Positions 51,124 to 57,427 of a stretch of DNA of 57,427 bases are shown here, piece after piece. Under the pieces are notes generated by a model. It saw nothing but the letters and a program-made list of their open reading frames with translations, was not told the origin of the DNA and searched no databases. Both the position numbers and the translations under genes were made by a program. Position 1 is the first letter of the stretch, and each line of letters opens with the position of its first letter. Origin of the DNA: a virus (Duplodnaviria; Heunggongvirae; Uroviricota; Caudoviricetes); the IMG/VR virus record IMGVR_UViG_2778261297_000008, one strand, 5' to 3'.

Positions 51124-53613
51124 ATGACTACCAACAAGAGGCATATTTTATTAAACGGCTATGTTTCCCCCGAAAACTATCGCTCTAGGAGCAATGGTCG
51201 TAGTCCCCAAGTCCCAGCTCGTGATCGAGCGGTACATGGTATATCATTACTAAATCAGTATAGCCGTATATTGAATCATTATGATGAAAGACCGAGGCTT
51301 CCCCCTGTTACTGATGAAAAAGGGATTTATGTTAGGCTAATCAGTTTTGAACAATGCGATCTTCCTATAGATAAAATCGATAATACTTATTTCAAGCTTT
51401 GTTCTTTAGTTAAATCAAATAATCGTGAAACTGCGATTATATACATTAATGAAAATGACAGAACTAAATTCACTAAAAAAATAAATGACTATTTGAATCC
51501 ATCGAAGGATGGTATCGAGTTCCCTAGAAATCATTTGTTAATTGATAGCATACAAAATATCGAGTTAGCAGATATAACTTCTTTCTGGACAGATAAAAAA
51601 GATCTTATTCCGGATGATCACGGTGTTGAAAAGTGGTTTGAGCTTTGGCTTAAGGGTAATAAGGAGGATGTGCTAAATATTGCTCGGCGTTTATGCGAAA
51701 GAATTAATGGAAGGCTCGGGAATACTTCTATTAATTTTTTCGATACTACTGTTGTTCTTATCCGTACGAGTCTATCGAGATTAAAAGTTTGTCCTGAATT
51801 AATATCTAATTTAAAAGAGATAAGATCAGCGAGGGATGATATATCAGTTATAGTTAATTCCTTACCTACAGAACAGCATCAGTGGGCAGAAAATGTTGCT
51901 GCAAGAATTACGCGTAACAATGAAGCTGATGTTTCTGTTTGTATATTAGATACAGGTGTTAACTACAATAATCCACTATTATCTAGATTTACTAACTCAT
52001 CACTGGCAGCTGCTTGGGACATATCTTGGCCACTTTTCGATGATTATAATCAAAGGCCTTATAATGACCACGGTTCCAGACAAGCAGGACTATGTGTTTA
52101 TGGAGATTTCCTGTCTGTTTTATTGAACGATCAGGACATTTCGATTCCGTACAATATCGAATCAGGAAGGATACTACCTCCAAGAGCTACTAATGATCCT
52201 AATCTTTATGGAGCTATTACTACAGGAACGTCAAGTCGTCTGGAGCTGGAAAACCCGAACTGGCGCAGAGTTTATTCGCTTGCTGTGACAGCAGAGCCTA
52301 ATACTCTTGGAGGCCAACCGTCCTCATGGTCTGCAGAGATTGACAAGTTTAGTTTTGGTTTAGAGGATGATATCCGCAGATTATTTATAATTTCTGCGGG
52401 TAACTCTCAACCTACAAATTTAGAATTAGATTATTGGGATTCAGTGACTCTTGCTGAAATTGAAGATCCTGCTCAATCTTGGAATGCATTAACTGTAGGG
52501 GCGTATACTGATAAAACAACCCATACAGACCGCGAATATGATGGTTGGTCTCCTTTCGCTATGTCAGAAGATATTGCACCGTCATCTCGGTCATCGGTAT
52601 CCTGGGGATGGAAAAAGCATGCCCCATATAAGCCAGATTTAGTAGAGGAAGGCGGAAACAAACTTATATCACCTAGCCGTGATGAAATCACAAATACAAT
52701 TGAATTATCTTTGCTCACAACCTCTGGCAGGGCAACAAATCAATTGTTTGAAGTTAATTCAGATACTAGCGCAGCCTGTGCTCTAGTATCAAAACATGCT
52801 GCTATGCTAATGGCTCAGTACCCAGAATATTGGCCTGAAACTATTAGGGGATTACTTGTTCATACAGCAAGATGGACTAGTCGTATGCACGAACGATATA
52901 GAACAGAACGTGCACAGGGGACACCAAAATCGGCTAAAGAAAGCTTATTAAGGATGGTTGGTTATGGAGTACCTAATTTAAATCGAGCAATGCATAGTGC
53001 GGAAAATGCACTTACATTAATATCTCAGTCGGAAATCACCCCATTTAAAAGAGATGGTTCTACTGATCCTACATTGAATGAAATGCATCTGTTTTCACTC
53101 CCTTGGCCCGTAGAAGCTCTTCGCTTACTACCACCAGAAACAAATGTTATTTTAAGAATCACATTGTCGTATTTTATTGAACCTAATCCAAGTCAAAAAG
53201 GATTCAGACGACAATATTCGTATCAATCTCATGGATTGAGATTTGCAGTTATTAGACCTAATCAGACCCTTGAAAATTTCCGTGCTTCGATAAACCGTAA
53301 TGCGAATAATGAAGAATACAATGGACCTGAAGGAGATGCGTCAGGATGGTTTCTGGGGCCTCAACTCAGAGTTAGAGGTTCATTACACTCAGATGCTTGG
53401 AAAGGCAGTGCTGCAGATTTAACAGAGATGAATACTATCGCTGTCTATCCTGTTGGTGGATGGTGGAAATATCGTACTGCGCAGGATCGCTATATTAACA
53501 ATGTTAAATATAGTTTATTGGTTAGCATAGATGTACCAGATGAGAACATTGATATTTACAGTGAGATTCAAAACATTATTCAAATTGATAATCAAATAGA
53601 TATTGAACATTAA
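51124..53613 (+). CDS. ietS: Subtilisin-like S8 serine peptidase (IetS-like), 829 aa
   Basis: Candidate catalytic triad contexts ILDTGV (Asp), NDHGS (His), DTSAACA (Ser); co-oriented 8 bp after the AAA+ gene. Confidence 0.8.
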   Translation: MTTNKRHILLNGYVSPENYRSRSNGRSPQVPARDRAVHGISLLNQYSRILNHYDERPRLPPVTDEKGIYVRLISFEQCDLPIDKIDNTYFKLCSLVKSNNRETAIIYINENDRTKFTKKINDYLNPSKDGIEFPRNHLLIDSIQNIELADITSFWTDKKDLIPDDHGVEKWFELWLKGNKEDVLNIARRLCERINGRLGNTSINFFDTTVVLIRTSLSRLKVCPELISNLKEIRSARDDISVIVNSLPTEQHQWAENVAARITRNNEADVSVCILDTGVNYNNPLLSRFTNSSLAAAWDISWPLFDDYNQRPYNDHGSRQAGLCVYGDFLSVLLNDQDISIPYNIESGRILPPRATNDPNLYGAITTGTSSRLELENPNWRRVYSLAVTAEPNTLGGQPSSWSAEIDKFSFGLEDDIRRLFIISAGNSQPTNLELDYWDSVTLAEIEDPAQSWNALTVGAYTDKTTHTDREYDGWSPFAMSEDIAPSSRSSVSWGWKKHAPYKPDLVEEGGNKLISPSRDEITNTIELSLLTTSGRATNQLFEVNSDTSAACALVSKHAAMLMAQYPEYWPETIRGLLVHTARWTSRMHERYRTERAQGTPKSAKESLLRMVGYGVPNLNRAMHSAENALTLISQSEITPFKRDGSTDPTLNEMHLFSLPWPVEALRLLPPETNVILRITLSYFIEPNPSQKGFRRQYSYQSHGLRFAVIRPNQTLENFRASINRNANNEEYNGPEGDASGWFLGPQLRVRGSLHSDAWKGSAADLTEMNTIAVYPVGGWWKYRTAQDRYINNVKYSLLVSIDVPDENIDIYSEIQNIIQIDNQIDIEH

Positions 53614-53877
53614 GGTTTTATGCCTAAGGTTTAATGAGTTTGAAATGAAAAATCCTTTACTAATTGGCTGGGTCGATGATAAAGACCTGGCCATCTTTTT
53701 ATACGGAAATGATTTATGTTTTATTTTACTAAATTTATATTAGAACCATCGTGCAGATTGTGATAATTCCTTCATACTGATTTTTTACCTATTATAGTTG
53801 ATTTTTGTTGCTTGATATCTCTCTTTAATACAACGGCGTAGTACAAATAATATATGCCTTAAGTTAGCGTTTATGCA

Positions 53878-54138
53878 CTATTTATGGAATTTGCATGTAT
53901 GATTTATATAGTTTTCTTGAAGTTTTATCCAAAAATCGCTATCAGTATTGAAGATTTTAGAAAGTAATTCCCCCTCTCTATTACTTATATTTTTAGAGTG
54001 TCGTAATATATCGTCAATTCTGCTATAAGGTACTCCCATCAAATTAGCTAAGTCACGTGAAGACATAGCTAAAGGTTTCAAATACTCATTTAAAAGAATA
54101 TCCGCAACAGAACTGGGTCTAGCTTTCATCGTTGTCAT
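53878..54138 (-). CDS. HigA-like HTH (XRE-family) antitoxin-type protein, no obvious intact partner toxin
   Basis: ADILLNEYLKPLAMSSRDLANLMGVPYSRIDDILRHSKNISNREGELLSKIFNTDSDFWIKLQ fits the HigA pattern; ATG 54138 with SD TGAGG. Confidence 0.55.
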   Translation of the reverse strand: MTTMKARPSSVADILLNEYLKPLAMSSRDLANLMGVPYSRIDDILRHSKNISNREGELLSKIFNTDSDFWIKLQENYINHTCKFHK

Positions 54139-54739
54139 GGCAACCTCACATTCATCTATCTTAGAATACTTTATCTTCAGTGATAACTTCATAGCGAAAC
54201 AAAAATCTGCATTTATCTTATAATTTAATTTACTATTGTCTCCTCTATTGTGGCATCTACGCTACGTCCAGCGCTTCAAATTATCAAACCTGGCCTCACC
54301 AGTCGGATTTGATATCCTCATATGATACTTATCTCAAGCCGGTTTCCAATGAGGGTAACCCCTCAGCAACAAAGCTTTTCTACGATTGTTACCCGTTTAT
54401 CTTTTGCATTGCTGTTTTTGTAGTTTAGATATACATAACCCTTAGTAAAAATAGTATAGCTAAACAAATGATATAAAAGATTTAGCTGTGGCATTTTACT
54501 TACTAAATTTCGATATATCCGTTGTCAGAAATGAATCTTTTACAAACAGTGTTTCTTATAAAGGTTAGCTAACCAAATTTATAAGTTATCTACAACTCTC
54601 TGTTATTTACATTTTGTTTCATTTTATTTATTGCTATTTAGTTTAGCTAAACAATCTATTTTATCATGTATAATCTGTGTATTTATCCACAGATTCTGTG
54701 AATAATATTGTGTATAACTTGTTTGCTTATTTTTTATTA

Positions 54740-54805
54740 TATGACATATGAGGTACGCCTTTATGACATATGAGGTACGCTTTCATGACATTTGAGGTAC
54801 GGATA
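54740..54805. repeat. Three tandem 22-bp direct repeats (iteron-like)
   Basis: TATGACATATGAGGTACGCCTT / TATGACATATGAGGTACGCTTT / CATGACATTTGAGGTACGGATA. Confidence 0.6.
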
Positions 54806-55054
54806 TAATTTAAAATTGTCATAATATACAAATGAATATATCGCTTTTCCACACCTCTCTAACCTGATCTTTAACCTTTTATATAACCAAAAAGATTAAA
54901 GGAATTATTAAAACCTTAGTGTCATTCAGAAATCGGTCAATAAAACCAATTTCATATGGAGTAAAAATCCGATGAATAAAAATCCTGTTGACATTATTCT
55001 TTTTGCCAGTAAGTTTTAATTATTCTCAATTCATAACGTTGGTTAGCAAACTTT

Positions 55055-55076
55055 AGCGGCTAAAATTTTAGCCGCT
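55055..55076. promoter_or_regulatory. Perfect 22-bp palindrome upstream of the alpA-like gene (candidate operator)
   Basis: AGCGGCTAAAATTTTAGCCGCT read directly; 25 bp upstream of the ORF start. Confidence 0.45.
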
Positions 55077-55101
55077 AAAATCCTCAAATTTCTACTGAGA
55101 G

Positions 55102-55395
55102 ATGGGTTCTTCGATGAAATCAGTTATGCCAGAACTTATAACCGTTGAAGAGTTGGCTTTTGCATTAAAGAAAACTGTAAAAAGTATCCGCAGTGATGCA
55201 ACGCGAAATCCAAAATGTCTTCCACCAAGATGCCGTCTTCCCGGTAATAAACGTCTTCTCTGGCGTAGAGAAGATGTTAAGGATTGGATAGATAAATCTG
55301 TTGAGTCAAAGACAGAAAATGACGATATAGCGAAAGAGATAAATAGGTTTCAAAGGAAACGTGGCAGGCCGCCAAAACCCAAGCCGCGAGAATAA
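55102..55395 (+). CDS. AlpA/Xis-type DNA-binding protein with C-terminal AT-hook-like tail
   Basis: 97 aa; ELITVEELAFALKKTVKSIRSD...RLLWRREDVKDWI resembles the AlpA family; C-terminal RKRGRPPKPKPRE. Confidence 0.65.
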   Translation: MGSSMKSVMPELITVEELAFALKKTVKSIRSDATRNPKCLPPRCRLPGNKRLLWRREDVKDWIDKSVESKTENDDIAKEINRFQRKRGRPPKPKPRE

Positions 55396-55665
55396 AAATA
55401 TTTCTTAGGGTCATTCAAATAATTTCCCTTCCAATAAACACATATGCTGCACATTTTTACACTACTAATCCTGCACAAATGCTTTAGGAAAACACACTGA
55501 GTACACAGGAATACACAATACGTACACAGATTCACAACGGCAAATGTAGGGCAGGACATGTAAAGTAGGCCCACCGTAAACGGTGCTTCTACTTTACCTT
55601 CTCTTATTAGCAGCTGGGCTGCTCAACGGAGTCCTGCTCTGCGAGGCTGATCGGCTACCGCCTGT

Positions 55666-56031
55666 ATGGAGAATGATATGACCGTTTCTCAGACTAGAAA
55701 AAATAGTACACCAATTAAAGTTTATTGTTTGCCAGATGAAAAAGCGCAAATCCAGGAAAATGCAGAAGCATCTGGCTTAAGTGTAGCGAGCTTCATTCGT
55801 AAAGTAGCAATGGGTTATCAGGTTGAGTCTATTGTAGATATTGAACAGGTTGTAGAGCTTAGCCGAGTAAATGCTGATCTTGGTCGACTTGGTGGGTTAC
55901 TTAAACTGTGGTTAGCTAACGATCCACGCACAGTTGATTTTTCACCCTCATTGATCAAAACGTTGCTTGCTAAAATAGAATCAACCAGACAAGAACTAAG
56001 AAATATTATGGATAGAATCTTGGACAAATAA
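55666..56031 (+). CDS. MobC-family relaxosome accessory protein (putative)
   Basis: 121 aa; GLSVASFIRKVAMG...DLGRLGGLLKLWL fits the MobC pattern from memory. Confidence 0.55.
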   Translation: MENDMTVSQTRKNSTPIKVYCLPDEKAQIQENAEASGLSVASFIRKVAMGYQVESIVDIEQVVELSRVNADLGRLGGLLKLWLANDPRTVDFSPSLIKTLLAKIESTRQELRNIMDRILDK

Positions 56032-56112
56032 ATTTATGGTTTCCTAAATATCTGTATCAGTTAAAAGTACGAGTTTTCAATATCAATAATCAGTTAAAAT
56101 TGAGGTGGGCAA

Positions 56113-56907
56113 ATGAAGTTAATGCTCCGAGTATTTTCATCACCGAGAGGGATTTTAGCAGCTAAAAAATCATTAGCAGCTTCCTTCCTGGCGTCCATCA
56201 TGGCATTACCGGCGACAGCCGGTATCCCTGTAATCGATGGTACTAATGTGGTGCAGACCACAATCAGCGCAGTCAACAACGTTCAGGCTGTGGCTAAACA
56301 GATCCAGCAGTACCAAACGCAGCTGCAGCAGTATGAAAACATGCTGAAAAATACAGTCGCACCTGCGGCATATATCTGGGATCAGGCCAATTCGACCATC
56401 AACAAATTGTTGCAGGCGCAGGACACCCTTAATTACTACAAAAATCAAGCCGGAAGTCTTGATTCATATCTAAAACGTTATCAGGACGTGAATTACTACC
56501 GCTCATCACCGTGTTTTAACAGTAATGTTGAATGTACTACGGATGAAATTAGCGCACTGCGTAAAGCTGAGCAGAACAGTTCTGAGGCACGTAAAAAGGC
56601 CAATGACGCCGTGTTTAAGGCTCTCGACGAACAGCAGGAAACACTGCAAAGCGATGCTGATAACCTTGCAGATTTGCAAACTCAGGCAACCAGCGCACAA
56701 GGGCAAATGGAAGCTATTCAGGCCGCTAACCAGCTTGCCAGTGCTCAAACGAACCAGTTGCTGCAAATCCGCTCGCTTCTGGTATCCCAACAAAACGCTG
56801 CAGCAACACTGGCACAGGCTCAGGCCGATAAAGAGGCCCAACAAATAGTAGCTGATGAAAAAGCGTTAGCTGGCAAGAACACACCAAGCCCGAAGCGAAT
56901 TTGGTGA
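56113..56907 (+). CDS. trbJ: P-type conjugative transfer protein TrbJ (VirB5-like)
   Basis: 264 aa; signal peptide then GIPVIDGTNVVQTT...QQYQTQLQQYENMLKNT typical of TrbJ; SD GAGGTGGG. Confidence 0.8.
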   Translation: MKLMLRVFSSPRGILAAKKSLAASFLASIMALPATAGIPVIDGTNVVQTTISAVNNVQAVAKQIQQYQTQLQQYENMLKNTVAPAAYIWDQANSTINKLLQAQDTLNYYKNQAGSLDSYLKRYQDVNYYRSSPCFNSNVECTTDEISALRKAEQNSSEARKKANDAVFKALDEQQETLQSDADNLADLQTQATSAQGQMEAIQAANQLASAQTNQLLQIRSLLVSQQNAAATLAQAQADKEAQQIVADEKALAGKNTPSPKRIW

Positions 56908-56918
56908 GGGATAGCTGA

Positions 56919-57092
56919 ATGAAAGATAAACTTTTGGTCATTTTTATTCTAATCATTCCATTGATTCTATGCTCTTGCGATAAAAAAGATGAAGATTGTT
57001 TATCGACGCCAGAGAATAAATTGAACGAACATAACTATGATAAATGTGCCCTGCGCAGTAATAACAATCCTAGCCCTAAGCGAGAATGGTAA
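56919..57092 (+). CDS. Small lipoprotein (57 aa), TrbK-like entry-exclusion candidate
   Basis: Hand-translated MKDKLLVIFILIIPLILCSCDKK...: signal peptide with lipobox-like LILC; SD TGAGGGA; sits between trbJ and trbL. Confidence 0.5.
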   Translation: MKDKLLVIFILIIPLILCSCDKKDEDCLSTPENKLNEHNYDKCALRSNNNPSPKREW

Positions 57093-57346
57093 TTATGAGA
57101 ATAGTAAGCAAACTCACTTTTTGGGGAATGATTTTTTTGTTTTCTGTAAATGCTTATGCTGGTCAATTAGATAGTAGCGGATTACTTGATACGTTATTAG
57201 ATAGGTTTCAGCAAGTAGCCAGCACATGGTCATTAGTAATTGGTGATTATGCAAATTGGCTCTTCTGGGGGCTGGTATTAATAAGTATGGCTTGGACATT
57301 TGGTATGTTGGCGATGCAAGGGGAAGGTTTAATCAGTGCACTTGCA
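57086..57346 (+). pseudogene. trbL: trbL/virB6-like gene, N-terminal fragment truncated by IS1 insertion
   Basis: Signal peptide plus first TM segments of a TrbL-like protein; reading frame runs into the IS1 terminal repeat at 57347 and stops. Confidence 0.65.
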
Positions 57347-57427
57347 GGTAATGACTCCAACTTATTGATAGTGTTTTATGTTCAGATAATGCCCGATGAC
57401 TTTGTCATGCAGCTCCACCGATTTTGA
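57347..57427. mobile_element. IS1 terminal end (first 81 bp), continuing beyond the window
   Basis: GGTAATGACTCCAACTTATTGATAGTGTTTTATGTTCAGATAATGCCCGATGACTTTGTCATGCAGCTCCACCGATTTTGA matches my recollection of the IS1 terminal region. Confidence 0.85.

Overview
This window looks like an Enterobacteriaceae (E. coli-like) chromosome segment: complete proA, then tRNA-Thr(CGU) (thrW), then a ~48 kb mosaic lambdoid prophage integrated into the 3' end of the tRNA. The prophage is bounded by a 46-bp direct repeat (attL 1399-1444 inside the tRNA, attR 49619-49664). Its modules are: DLP12-type int/xis and a leftward early operon (DUF551, YfdR/YfdQ/YfdP-like); cI/cro immunity switch; replication gene with internal iterons; a nin-like block (Dam-type MTase, LexA-DNA-binding-domain-only protein, RusA, KilA-N, DUF968, Q); phage-21-type lysis cassette (S pinholin, SAR endolysin, Rz/Rz1); lambda-type packaging and head genes with a fused protease-scaffold-capsid gene; and a lambda-type tail (Z,U,V,G/GT,H,M,L,K,I,J, lom, full-length stf, tfa). 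Visibly AT-rich cargo sits in several slots: a two-gene cassette between Q and the late region, a convergent small-gene pair between holin and endolysin, a 230-aa gene between Rz and cos, and a ~5.4 kb arm after tfa (304-aa protein, XRE+ImmA/IrrE pair bracketed by ~100-bp direct repeats, a 158-aa protein, an AbiTii-like protein, an IS110-family element). Beyond attR lies a second island: an AAA+ ATPase plus S8 subtilase pair (I recall this architecture as the IetAS defence system), a HigA-like HTH gene, tandem iterons, and an AlpA/MobC/TrbJ/TrbK/TrbL conjugative remnant whose trbL is cut by an IS1 end at the window edge. All calls rest on reading the ORF translations and sequence by eye; no searches were run and GC content was judged visually, not computed. 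The most likely candidates for an undescribed system are the Q-proximal two-gene cassette (soluble protein + 4-TM protein) and the repeat-bracketed cargo arm after tfa.
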